Assembly: GCA_041665545.1 (NCBI GenBank)
Contig: JBAYIQ010000001.1
Coordinates: forward strand, 44 to 64,043
Source of the DNA: Patescibacteria group bacterium
Lineage (GTDB): Bacteria; Patescibacteriota; Patescibacteriia; UBA1558; GWA2-36-10
Direction: 5' to 3'
DNA: 64,000 bases
In this document: piece by piece, positions 48,248 to 57,309 of the stretch
How the letters are laid out: each line of letters starts with the position of its first letter
Numbering within the stretch: position 1 is the stretch's first letter
Position numbers and translations under genes: made by a program
The notes under the pieces: generated by a model
What the model was told of the DNA's origin: nothing
The model's database searches: none
What the model saw: only the letters and a program-made list of their open reading frames with translations

Positions 48248-49420
48248 TTAGTCTAGAAACACCTCCCTGTTTGTAAAAGCATTTTTATCTAAATATTCTT
48301 TTAATTTATCTTCAAGCTGTTTAAAAGCTTCTATTTCTGCTTCTCGGCCAGGAACCCAATCATTATGTTTTTCTTTCATACGACACAAGGTAGCAATAAA
48401 TTCTTTATAAATACCCATGTCATTCAATAATTTAAGTAAGGAGGGCAGGGTTTCAATAAACGGCTCTATATCCTCTACTTTGAATGATGACCAACTCTGG
48501 TTTAATTTTTTTATATCCTCGTCTAGTTGTTCATGAAAAGTGCGAAATTCTGGCTTTAGGTCTCGCAAAATAATCGGAGATTTTTTTCTTTCGGCTGGTA
48601 AATACTTTTTTAAAAAATCAATAATCGGGAAGTAACCAACGCGAGATTTAAACGGAAATTCTCCGGTTTCTAACAAAATTTGAGCTCTTTTTTTATCAAT
48701 CTGGCCATCTTTATCGACAAACTGCATCCAATTGTTCATAGTACTTAATTGGCTAGTTTTATCAGTTACTTTAAAGCCCATCCTCTGCATTATAGGGTGA
48801 TCAAGCAGCCACGATTCGGCTATAAGAGCCTTTACTTGGGGAAACTGATCGACAATTACTATGGCCAGTTCTTGCAATGACTCACGTAATTTTTGCGGAG
48901 AAACTTTCCTATCAGCCGATTTAAAAATTTCTTCTAGGTGAACCTCCATCACTTGATCTAAATCTCTATCAAAACCATAATCCTCCAAACTATGTGAGCC
49001 CTTGCGCAAGTTGTAATTTATTAATCCAGCATAAACTTTGGCGGTACCGGGCCTCTCATTTGTTTTGTTTTCGGAACCACGCTGATGAAAGTGCTCAAGT
49101 ATATTATTTTGCCAATTACCCCCGGCTTGATATATAACATCCAATTCTTCTTTGAAAGTTTGTTTCCATTGCTCAATATCACTTTCTAAATAGCCATGTC
49201 CAATTCGCAATTCATCATCAGTAGGAAAAAACGGTAAATTTAAAAAATTAGTATATTTTTCTAGGCATTCACCAAATGTAACGGTATGGCCAGCTTCTTT
49301 TTCTTCTAGATATTTTTTTTCACTAAAAGAAAGCATTAAATAGCTGAGTTGCTCACTTAATTCTTTTTCGTGTTCTTCCACGTTAGGTGTTTCTATTCTT
49401 TTGTTTAAAGCTTCTAGCAT
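48248..49420 (-). CDS. hypothetical protein (390 aa)
   Basis: Long ORF, tandem with Nudix; no motif recognised. Confidence 0.4.
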   Translation of the reverse strand: MLEALNKRIETPNVEEHEKELSEQLSYLMLSFSEKKYLEEKEAGHTVTFGECLEKYTNFLNLPFFPTDDELRIGHGYLESDIEQWKQTFKEELDVIYQAGGNWQNNILEHFHQRGSENKTNERPGTAKVYAGLINYNLRKGSHSLEDYGFDRDLDQVMEVHLEEIFKSADRKVSPQKLRESLQELAIVIVDQFPQVKALIAESWLLDHPIMQRMGFKVTDKTSQLSTMNNWMQFVDKDGQIDKKRAQILLETGEFPFKSRVGYFPIIDFLKKYLPAERKKSPIILRDLKPEFRTFHEQLDEDIKKLNQSWSSFKVEDIEPFIETLPSLLKLLNDMGIYKEFIATLCRMKEKHNDWVPGREAEIEAFKQLEDKLKEYLDKNAFTNREVFLD

Positions 49421-49869
49421 TATAGTATTTTTACCTCATGTTCAATAATAACATCTTTATCGCCGAACAAAAATCGGGCTTCAAATTTTTTTCCTTCCAA
49501 AAAAAGTGGTAACCAAAATGGATCATCAGGCCACATTTGTTTGTAAGGAATTTTATCTAGGTCAAACCACTGTGGTTTCATTTCCTCGCCTTCTTCGGGC
49601 TGGCCAGTAAAATCAGTGGCCTTAAAAACATGCATTTCAATTTTTAAATCTTTGTTTGTCCAAGAAAAATTCATAAGACCAACTTTTTCTAGTTTGGAAA
49701 TGCCTAGGCCAATTTCTTCAAAAACCTCTCGCTTGGCTGCTTCCTCGACAGTTTCGTCTGGCTCTAGCTTGCCACCAAAACCATTCCAACGATTCAAACC
49801 AAAGCCCCGCTTTTTCAAGCCCAGTAGAATTTGCCCATCTTTGGTGATAAGGGTCAGTGTTTGTAGCAT
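49420..49869 (-). CDS. NUDIX hydrolase
   Basis: Nudix box GGKLEPDETVEEAAKREVFEEIGL; start trimmed to internal Met to avoid an 80-nt overlap with the cupin gene. Confidence 0.75.
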   Translation of the reverse strand: MLQTLTLITKDGQILLGLKKRGFGLNRWNGFGGKLEPDETVEEAAKREVFEEIGLGISKLEKVGLMNFSWTNKDLKIEMHVFKATDFTGQPEEGEEMKPQWFDLDKIPYKQMWPDDPFWLPLFLEGKKFEARFLFGDKDVIIEHEVKIL

Positions 49870-49870
49870 A

Positions 49871-50266
49871 TTAAACAACGTGGTGGCCAAAGTCTTCGTC
49901 TGCTTGATCAGCAATAGCTTCTTGGGGAGTTTTGTGAATACGGCCGTCAATGTGGTTGGCTGGGGCGTAAATGGTGTAGACCTTCAAGGTTTCCGTGCCG
50001 GTGTTGATAAAATTGTGGACTGTACCAGGAGTGACTACGACTACATCACCAGCATTGACTTCTGATTCTTGCCCGTCTAAGATGGCTTTAGCAATGCCTG
50101 ACAGGAAAAATAAAGTTTGCTCCACATTGTCATGGGTTTCTAGACCAATTTCTTCGCCCGGTTTTATATCCATGACCACTAATTGGCTTTTTTTACCAGT
50201 AAACAAGACTGTGCGAAAATTTGTATTGTTTCTGGTTGCTTCTAAAATGTTTTTTTGATAGGACAT
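49871..50266 (-). CDS. cupin domain protein
   Basis: 131 aa, two-His cupin motif region (GLETHDNVEQTLFFLSG ... VHNFIN). Confidence 0.55.
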   Translation of the reverse strand: MSYQKNILEATRNNTNFRTVLFTGKKSQLVVMDIKPGEEIGLETHDNVEQTLFFLSGIAKAILDGQESEVNAGDVVVVTPGTVHNFINTGTETLKVYTIYAPANHIDGRIHKTPQEAIADQADEDFGHHVV

Positions 50267-50277
50267 AGTATTTTAAT

Positions 50278-50844
50278 TTAATTGTTAATTATTTTTTTAT
50301 TTAATTTTAGATACATTAAAGAGTCGTAACCGTGTGTTTCTCGGTCTTGCTCTTCGACACCTAATGTTTTTAAAAATTCTATTATTTCCTCTTGCACCCC
50401 ATTCATTTCTTTATCATCTTCAAATAATCTTTCTACCTCAATAAAATTTCCTAAATCTCTGACTTGATCTAGACAAATAGTGTAATTTTTGTATTTTATT
50501 TTTTGTCTTTTTTTATAAACTGAAACAACGTTTTCATAGCCCATCATTATTAAGGCATCATGCATTTCTTGGGGCTTCAATATTTCAGTTTGTTTTTCTA
50601 TGCAATCTAATTCATTATTGACAGATTGTTTCAAAGTAAAAAATGATTTTTCGCCATTGACCGTACGTATTCGCAAAATATTTGCTCCAATGTGCATCTT
50701 CACATAATCACCATAATCTTTGTGTACAAATATTTTATCGTCTTGAATAATCGGCTCTGTTATTTCACAGCCCAAATCACGTAATTTAGAAATTACTTGA
50801 TCAAAGTTTTTTATTCTAGCTTTTACCTCTATTTCTCTAGACAT
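50278..50844 (-). CDS. CYTH-domain protein (CyaB/thiamine-triphosphatase-like triphosphate tunnel enzyme)
   Basis: N-terminal EIEVKARI ExExK motif, 188 aa. Confidence 0.6.
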   Translation of the reverse strand: MSREIEVKARIKNFDQVISKLRDLGCEITEPIIQDDKIFVHKDYGDYVKMHIGANILRIRTVNGEKSFFTLKQSVNNELDCIEKQTEILKPQEMHDALIMMGYENVVSVYKKRQKIKYKNYTICLDQVRDLGNFIEVERLFEDDKEMNGVQEEIIEFLKTLGVEEQDRETHGYDSLMYLKLNKKIINN

Positions 50845-50850
50845 AATATT

Positions 50851-51549
50851 TTAATTATTAATCGTCTTTATTTTACTCAATCTATAGCTAATTAGCAATT
50901 TGATAAATATCCAGACTAGTAAAACAGTAAAAATAAACCTGAAACTGGCGATGGTTAGGGCTTTTTCTCCTAAAACATAGACCAGTGAGCCCCAAAGCAA
51001 ATTCCAGACAAATAAGGATAGCAGAGAGCGCCAAAAAAATTGTTTAAAATTTATTTTTAAAATACCAGCTGCCGTAGAGGCCCAAACAGCCACATTGGGA
51101 TGCCAATAAGACATAAACAAGCCAGTGCCAAGATTTTTTTGTATTTTTATTTTGTATTTTTCTAAATGATCAAGCTGACTAAATTTTCTCAATAATTTAT
51201 ACCAGCCATAATAGCCAATGAAATAATTAAACGTGTAAGCCAATAGCAAGCCAAGGGTGATTAGTAGACCGTTTAGTAAAACTAGGGGTATGTTTTTGCC
51301 AGCTAATATTACACCCAAAAACATGACCGTACCACCTGGCAAATACCAGCCGATCAGCAACAAGCCCTCAAGAATAGCGGCAAAAAAAACAATAATTAAT
51401 CCGTATTGTTTAAAATAATCTTTAAAAATGAACAATAATTCGTTTTTATCCGGTAGTCCCAAAACGCCCCACAAAACCCAGAGAATCAAAACAATGCCTA
51501 AAAAAATCAGTAAAGGCAAAATATCTTTTAAATAACGACCAATGTTCAT
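50851..51549 (-). CDS. integral membrane protein (DedA/SNARE-associated-like)
   Basis: Six hydrophobic helices; weak family call. Confidence 0.4.
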   Translation of the reverse strand: MNIGRYLKDILPLLIFLGIVLILWVLWGVLGLPDKNELLFIFKDYFKQYGLIIVFFAAILEGLLLIGWYLPGGTVMFLGVILAGKNIPLVLLNGLLITLGLLLAYTFNYFIGYYGWYKLLRKFSQLDHLEKYKIKIQKNLGTGLFMSYWHPNVAVWASTAAGILKINFKQFFWRSLLSLFVWNLLWGSLVYVLGEKALTIASFRFIFTVLLVWIFIKLLISYRLSKIKTINN

Positions 51550-51557
51550 GTGGGACC

Positions 51558-51884
51558 TTATTTTATAATTCTAAATTTAATCATTTTCACAATTGTATCT
51601 TCCCCTACTTTATCACCATAATATTTCTGATAGGTTCGCATTATTTCTTCGTGACTAACAAATTTTTCGTGTCCGTCAAAATCAGATTCGCTAATTTCCC
51701 CCAACTTCTTTTCATCAATACCGACAATTATTGCTTTGCCAAATTTTTGTCCGCTCTGTTTTTCGATAAATTCAAGTTCATCATTGACTGATAAATTTTT
51801 GTCATCAAACAAACGCCAAGTGGCAGTTTTTTCACCGGATAAAATCAAGGGGACCAAAGTAGTGTCAAATTTAAGTGTCTTCAT
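51558..51884 (-). CDS. ASCH domain protein
   Basis: MKTLKFDTTLVPLILSGEKTATWR (ASCH GxKTxExR-like signature); internal start chosen. Confidence 0.55.
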   Translation of the reverse strand: MKTLKFDTTLVPLILSGEKTATWRLFDDKNLSVNDELEFIEKQSGQKFGKAIIVGIDEKKLGEISESDFDGHEKFVSHEEIMRTYQKYYGDKVGEDTIVKMIKFRIIK

Positions 51885-51888
51885 TTTT

Positions 51889-52185
51889 TTAGGCAGCTTG
51901 ATCCGGGTCATCATCTGGCTCAATTGGTTCTCCGGTTAGTTCGGCCAACTCTTCCTCTAACTTTCTGATTTGTCGGGAAACGTCTCCTACTTTTTTGTAG
52001 ATACTTGAACCAATACCACCAGTCTGATGATATTGGCGGGCGGTTCTGTGGGCGCCCTGGCTTGCACTCCTTAATTCAATAAGCCTCACCCTTATTTCCG
52101 CGATTTTAGCTTCTTTTTCTTCAGTGCCTAATTCCGGTTGAGGAGTTTCGGCTGCTGGTTGTTTAAATTTTTCCCAAAGATTCAT
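51889..52185 (-). CDS. hypothetical coiled-coil protein
   Basis: 98 aa ORF. Confidence 0.3.
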   Translation of the reverse strand: MNLWEKFKQPAAETPQPELGTEEKEAKIAEIRVRLIELRSASQGAHRTARQYHQTGGIGSSIYKKVGDVSRQIRKLEEELAELTGEPIEPDDDPDQAA

Positions 52186-52221
52186 AAAATTTTTATTAAT
52201 TATTAATTGTTTATTAATATA

Positions 52222-52659
52222 TTATTTTATTTTCTGTTTATTGACTAGCCAAGAGCTAGACTGTACCTTGCCACCTTTGCCGACATTAAATATCATCTGG
52301 CATTTTATTTCTTTACATACTTGGACTTCGGGGATGTTGTCAAGTTTTCTATCACCGCCGTTGGCAAAGATATCCGGCTTGACTTGGCGTAAGGCCGTGC
52401 AGACACTCATATCTTTAGGATTTTTGGGGTGCTTGGTGATAACGACCTTATCTACGACCGCAAAAGCTTCTATTATTTCTTTACGCTCTTTTTCACGCAT
52501 AAAGACATAACCCTTTTTCTTTTTTAGCCAATTGTCATTATTTAAAATGACCACTAATTTGTCACCCAGTTTTTTGGCTGCTTCAAACATGCGAACATGG
52601 CCGATATGCACTGGATCAAAACCGCCAGAAACTGCTACTGTTTTATATTTATTTTTCAT
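52222..52659 (-). CDS. cytidylyltransferase-like nucleotidyltransferase (HIGH-motif)
   Basis: VAVSGGFDPVHIGHVRMF HxGH motif as in RfaE-II/TagD/NMNAT-type enzymes. Confidence 0.6.
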   Translation of the reverse strand: MKNKYKTVAVSGGFDPVHIGHVRMFEAAKKLGDKLVVILNNDNWLKKKKGYVFMREKERKEIIEAFAVVDKVVITKHPKNPKDMSVCTALRQVKPDIFANGGDRKLDNIPEVQVCKEIKCQMIFNVGKGGKVQSSSWLVNKQKIK

Positions 52660-52661
52660 TT

Positions 52662-53084
52662 TTATTTTTTACCATATTGTTGTTCTGAGTCCCGTAATTC
52701 CTCCAAAAATTGTTCTCGACGAAATTCACAAAGCCCAATAGCGTTGGCATTATCAACTTGATTTGAACCTGCTTTCAAATCCATTATTCGTTTTTCAATT
52801 TTCATAAGATCAGCGTGCACCTGTTCCTGGGTTCTTATTTCTACCAATTCAATATACGGCTCATTGGGTAATTCAGAGGGTTCATAAACGCCATATTGTC
52901 TGAGCGTATCCCATCTAGTATCCCAGCCTGGACCCGGCCCTTTGCTTGACGTTTCGTGAGAAAAATATTCGCGGATAGTATAACCACTATCAATTTCACG
53001 GTAAATTTTTCCATCAATAATTTTTATTTCCGGATCAATTTCCGCCAGTTTTTTAGCTCCTAGCTGTGGTTCTTTGGGTTCCAT
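52662..53084 (-). CDS. hypothetical protein
   Basis: 140 aa ORF. Confidence 0.35.
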   Translation of the reverse strand: MEPKEPQLGAKKLAEIDPEIKIIDGKIYREIDSGYTIREYFSHETSSKGPGPGWDTRWDTLRQYGVYEPSELPNEPYIELVEIRTQEQVHADLMKIEKRIMDLKAGSNQVDNANAIGLCEFRREQFLEELRDSEQQYGKK

Positions 53085-53110
53085 AAAGTTAAAAAGATGG
53101 AATTATTTAA

Positions 53111-53138
53111 TTATTTTCCATGACATTTTTTATATTTT
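53111..53138. repeat. 28-bp partial duplicate (1 mismatch) of the secA 3' end including its stop codon
   Basis: ttattttccatgacattttttatattt vs 54091-54118 ttatttcccatgacattttttatattt; minus-strand reading gives ...KYKKCHGK* in both. Confidence 0.85.
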
Positions 53139-53223
53139 TGTCCTGTTTAATTCTTCTTTTATCGTTTTTATATATTCTGGAATTTTGTCCCTGACGAGCT
53201 TGTTATATTTCATGTTTTTGTAA

Positions 53224-53775
53224 TTAAACTAATGGCCCAGCTACAAAGACCTCTAATTTTTTCTTGCTAAAATAATATTTAAAAAAATTAAATCTCCCCA
53301 GTAAGGTCCAAGCAATTAATCGATGTGTTCCGTCCAAGTGCACCAGAGCTTCATTGTGGTACCCCAGTTTTTCATACACTTGCTGATCATATCCGGTCAA
53401 AGGCTTGGTGCTTAAGAAAATCGGACTGAATTCGGCTTTACCAAATCTAATAATTTTTTCAAAACAAGCGTTATTTTTTTCTTTATATTCTTCTTTTATT
53501 TTTGGCCAGCGAGCAATCACCTGACGCACAGTAGCGCCTTGGCGAGGTATAAGTGGGATGCCCACGCCTTCTTTTTCTGGATCTTGATGATAAACAAGTA
53601 GCGTATTGAGCACATCTTGCTTATAAAGTCGTACTTTGTGCCACTGGCCATGGAATTTTTCGTCGGCACAAACCAGCATTTCTCTGGCCCACTCGTTTGT
53701 ACCGTCAGTGACTACATGGCTTTGATCAAAAGACTTTAGCACTTCGGCTAAATCAACTTTTTGAAGAATTTTCAT
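53224..53775 (-). CDS. ParB/Srx-like nuclease domain protein
   Basis: VHLDGTHRLIAW matches the ParB/sulfiredoxin DGhHR motif. Confidence 0.45.
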   Translation of the reverse strand: MKILQKVDLAEVLKSFDQSHVVTDGTNEWAREMLVCADEKFHGQWHKVRLYKQDVLNTLLVYHQDPEKEGVGIPLIPRQGATVRQVIARWPKIKEEYKEKNNACFEKIIRFGKAEFSPIFLSTKPLTGYDQQVYEKLGYHNEALVHLDGTHRLIAWTLLGRFNFFKYYFSKKKLEVFVAGPLV

Positions 53776-54101
53776 GTTTCTATTTCCTTTTGTGCCCACT
53801 TCATATAATCAGCACTTCCCTCAATAATTGGCAAAGCTATTATTTCCGGAATTTTATAGGGATGAATTTCTTTGATTGTTTTTTCTATTTTCTTATACTT
53901 GCCCTTTTTGGTCTTAACAAGACATAAGTATTCTTTAGATTTTTCTAATTTTCCTTTCCATCTATAGATACTGGTGATCGGACCAATTATTTGCGTGCAG
54001 GCAGATAATTTTTTATCTGATAAAATTGCGGCTATTTTTTCAGCATCACTTTTTTTGGCAACAGTGGTGGAAATTTGTATAAATTTTTGTTTATTTCCCA
54101 T
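53772..54101 (-). CDS. cutA: divalent-cation tolerance protein CutA-like
   Basis: ~110 aa, ...SIYRWKGKLE...HPYKIPEIIALPI... typical CutA1 blocks; start overlaps the secA stop. Confidence 0.6.
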   Translation of the reverse strand: MGNKQKFIQISTTVAKKSDAEKIAAILSDKKLSACTQIIGPITSIYRWKGKLEKSKEYLCLVKTKKGKYKKIEKTIKEIHPYKIPEIIALPIIEGSADYMKWAQKEIET

Positions 54102-56847
54102 GACATTTTTTATATTTCTTACCTGAACCGCAGTAACACAAATCATTCCGGCCTATTTTGTGACCAGTTTCATCTGTTGGCTTGGAAGGTAAGACTTGAT
54201 TGGCTTGTTCTCGGTCCTCTACCTCTTTTTGAAAAGGCGTGTAGCCAACTTTTTTTTCAGTAAAAACTTTTTGTTGCTGACGCGTTTCTGGAACAGCCAT
54301 TTTTTTGGCTACACTGACTTTGAAAATAGTATAAACAATTTGTTTGCGAATACCTGTCATCAAGCTATTAAACAACTCAAAAGCTTGGCGTTTGTATTCT
54401 ACCAGTGGATCACGCTGTCCATAGCCCTGTAGACCAATGCCGGTGCGCAGTTTGTCCATGGAGGTCAAATGCTCCACCCATAGCGAGTCAATGCTTTTTA
54501 AAATAATACCGCGTTCAATGAACTGCATGGCGGTCCACTTGTCATCATCCAATTTTATGGATTGGTTGACTTCTGAAGCCACGGCCTCATATTTTTTGGT
54601 GGCCAAATCACCGAGATAATCAATCAAGCTGGTGCGCTCACCATGACCATTATTTATTTTATTTTGTGATAAATATTCGTTGACTTTGGCTTCTTCTTCG
54701 GTTGTCAGCGGAAATATGGTCAGTAAAGTTTCAATTATTTCTTGGGGGTTGAAATCGCCAACATTTTTTTGGGTCAAGGTATGGAAAGAAATCACTTGCT
54801 CCAATTCTTTGTGCACATATTCCAAGACCAAATCCCGACTGCTTTTATTTTCAGCCGAGGCGCTTTGTTCAGCAAAAAGCGTAATAATATTTTGTCGAGT
54901 TTTATAAATTACTTGGCGATGTTTGTTGATCACATCATCATACTCTACCAAATGTTTGCGAATATCAAAGTTGTGGCCTTCTACTTTTTTTTGGGCTGAT
55001 TCAATGGAGTTGGAAATCAATTTGTTTTCTATGGGCATATCATCGGGAATACCCAATTTATCCATCATGGTTTTCATACGGTCAGAGCCAAAAATACGCA
55101 TCAGGTCATCTTCCATGGAAATATAAAATTGCGATGAGCCAGGATCGCCTTGGCGACCAGAACGGCCTCTCAGCTGATTGTCAATGCGTCTGGACTCATG
55201 ACGCTCGGTACCCAAGACATGCAAGCCACCTAAAGATTTTATCTCATCGTGCTTGGATTTTTCAAATGGTTGGCCACCCAAAATAATATCAACACCACGA
55301 CCAGCCATGTTGGTGGCAATAGTCACAGCACCACGGCGTCCGGCCTGAGCGATAATTTCCGCTTCTTTTTCGTGGAATTTGGCATTCAATAACTGGAAAG
55401 GTACACCTTCTTTTTCCAATAATCTTCCTAAGTGCTCGTTCTTATCAATAGAAATAGTACCCACCAAAACTGGTTGGCCTTTTTGGTTCATTTCTTTGAT
55501 GCTTTGGACAATAGCTTTATATTTGCCTTTTTCATTTTTAAAAATTTTATCTTTTAGATCAGCTCTGGCAAAATTCCGATTAGTAGGAATCACGGTCACT
55601 TCCAAAGAATAAATTTTGGCCATTTCTTCGGCTTCAGTAGCGGCAGTGCCTGTCATGCCAGCCAACTTTTCGTACATCCTAAAATAATTTTGAAAAGTAA
55701 TAGTAGCCAAAGTCATACTTTCGCGTTGCACTTCCACATTTTCTTTGGCTTCAATGGCTTGATGCAAACCCTCAGAGTACCGGCGTCCCGGCATCATGCG
55801 ACCAGTAAATTCATCAATAATAACTACTTCACCATCGCTGACAATATAGTCGCGGTCCAAAGTATATAAAGTTCTGGCTCGCAGAGCTTGTTCTAAGTGG
55901 TGAACTGTTTGCATGCCATGGCTTTCGTAGATGTTGTCCACGCCAAGCATTTTTTCCATCTTTTTTATGCCTTCTTCACTCAAGGTGCAGGCCTTCATTT
56001 TTTCATCAATATTGTAGTCAGTGTTTTCTTCCAAGACACTTACTAGCTGGGAAAATTGTCGATATTTTTCGGTTGACTCCTCAGCTGGCGCGGAAATAAT
56101 AAGTGGTGTGCGAGCTTCATCAATCAAAATACTATCGACTTCATCAACAATGGCGTAATTTGAGCCCCTTTGTACCTGATCCTTGGCATCTTGGGCCATA
56201 TTATCGCGCAGATAATCAAAACCAAATTCATTATTGGTGCCATAAGTAATGTCAGCCGCGTAAGCTTCTTTTCTGGTTACTGGACGTAAAAAATCCTTAA
56301 TTACCTTAATCCCTTGATCTTGTAATTTTTTATCCTCCTCGGAAACATGGCTAGCATCATAGACAAATGATGCTTCGTGTTGGATAGTTCCCACTGTCAA
56401 ACCTAAAAAATCATATATTTGTCCCATCCAAACAGCGTCTCTTTTGGCCAAATAATCATTAACCGTAATCAGATGCACACCCTTGCCACTTAAAGCATTT
56501 AGATAGACTGCTAGGGTGGCCACCAGAGTCTTGCCCTCACCAGTTTTCATTTCTGCAATTTGACCACGATGCAAGACTATGGCGCCTAAAAGTTGAACAT
56601 CAAAATGTCGCATTTTAAGAGTGCGTTTACCTGCTTCTCTGACTAAGGCAAAAGCCAAAACCAAAACATCATCCAAGCTTTTACCAACTTGGACTTGTTT
56701 TTTTAGCTCAAGACTTTTGGCTTTGATTTCCTGATCGCTTAATTTCTCCAAATCCGGCTCTAGTTTATTAATCTCAGTCACTAGCCCGGTCAGCGAGTCA
56801 ATGTATTTTTTATTGGCGTCGCCAAATATTTTTTGTAGTATTCCCAT
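54091..56847 (-). CDS. secA: preprotein translocase ATPase SecA
   Basis: 918 aa, DEAD-like motor motifs, C-terminal zinc-finger CYCGSGKKYKKCHG. Confidence 0.95.
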   Translation of the reverse strand: MGILQKIFGDANKKYIDSLTGLVTEINKLEPDLEKLSDQEIKAKSLELKKQVQVGKSLDDVLVLAFALVREAGKRTLKMRHFDVQLLGAIVLHRGQIAEMKTGEGKTLVATLAVYLNALSGKGVHLITVNDYLAKRDAVWMGQIYDFLGLTVGTIQHEASFVYDASHVSEEDKKLQDQGIKVIKDFLRPVTRKEAYAADITYGTNNEFGFDYLRDNMAQDAKDQVQRGSNYAIVDEVDSILIDEARTPLIISAPAEESTEKYRQFSQLVSVLEENTDYNIDEKMKACTLSEEGIKKMEKMLGVDNIYESHGMQTVHHLEQALRARTLYTLDRDYIVSDGEVVIIDEFTGRMMPGRRYSEGLHQAIEAKENVEVQRESMTLATITFQNYFRMYEKLAGMTGTAATEAEEMAKIYSLEVTVIPTNRNFARADLKDKIFKNEKGKYKAIVQSIKEMNQKGQPVLVGTISIDKNEHLGRLLEKEGVPFQLLNAKFHEKEAEIIAQAGRRGAVTIATNMAGRGVDIILGGQPFEKSKHDEIKSLGGLHVLGTERHESRRIDNQLRGRSGRQGDPGSSQFYISMEDDLMRIFGSDRMKTMMDKLGIPDDMPIENKLISNSIESAQKKVEGHNFDIRKHLVEYDDVINKHRQVIYKTRQNIITLFAEQSASAENKSSRDLVLEYVHKELEQVISFHTLTQKNVGDFNPQEIIETLLTIFPLTTEEEAKVNEYLSQNKINNGHGERTSLIDYLGDLATKKYEAVASEVNQSIKLDDDKWTAMQFIERGIILKSIDSLWVEHLTSMDKLRTGIGLQGYGQRDPLVEYKRQAFELFNSLMTGIRKQIVYTIFKVSVAKKMAVPETRQQQKVFTEKKVGYTPFQKEVEDREQANQVLPSKPTDETGHKIGRNDLCYCGSGKKYKKCHGK

Positions 56848-56852
56848 AAAAA

Positions 56853-57212
56853 TTAATCATTCTTTCCCCAGAACTTTAGTGATTTAAAAAGACGATTTCC
56901 CCGACGCATTAATGAAATATTTCTTTCTTTCATTTTTTTTAATTGTCTAGCTAGATTTTCTTGCGCTAGATCCACTGCCGCCCGAGCATCAGCATTGCTT
57001 TCTTTGGCCATGATACTGCGTTGTTGTGGCATACTGATATGCACTTCCACTGTAAAGACATCACCTTTGTTGTGACGCTGGTCGCGAAATAGTTCTACTT
57101 TAAAATCAGTAATTTCCGCTTGAAATTTATCTAAGCTAGAAAATTTTTCACGCAAATATTGTTCAAATGGTTCAGTTAAATCAAAATTGTTTTTATAAAT
57201 TTGGATGTTCAT
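56853..57212 (-). CDS. hpf: ribosome hibernation promoting factor / RaiA family
   Basis: 119 aa, MNIQI... beta-alpha-beta-beta-beta-alpha pattern of the YfiA/HPF family. Confidence 0.7.
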   Translation of the reverse strand: MNIQIYKNNFDLTEPFEQYLREKFSSLDKFQAEITDFKVELFRDQRHNKGDVFTVEVHISMPQQRSIMAKESNADARAAVDLAQENLARQLKKMKERNISLMRRGNRLFKSLKFWGKND

Positions 57213-57284
57213 CCCGTTAGAAATTAGGTTAATTAAATTTTTTATATTTTTATATTAATCCCGCTAATATACGTAAATTTCTAA
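57211..57284. repeat. 15-19 bp inverted repeat (atcccgttagaaatt / aatttctaacgggat) spanning the hpf start codon
   Basis: Arms 57211-57227 and 57266-57284, ~38-nt AT-rich spacer. Confidence 0.75.
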
Positions 57285-57309
57285 CGGGATTCATGTTTTT
57301 ATTTTTTAA

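Noticed and set aside
49871-49950. Long 80-nt overlap between cupin and Nudix genes
   Set aside because: Resolved by choosing the internal Met (49869) as the Nudix start. The overlap is an ORF-extension artefact rather than a real feature.
54196-55612. Several 60-85 aa plus-strand ORFs inside the secA locus
   Set aside because: They lie antisense within a well-supported 918-aa secA reading frame, have no start context and no motifs. Typical shadow ORFs.
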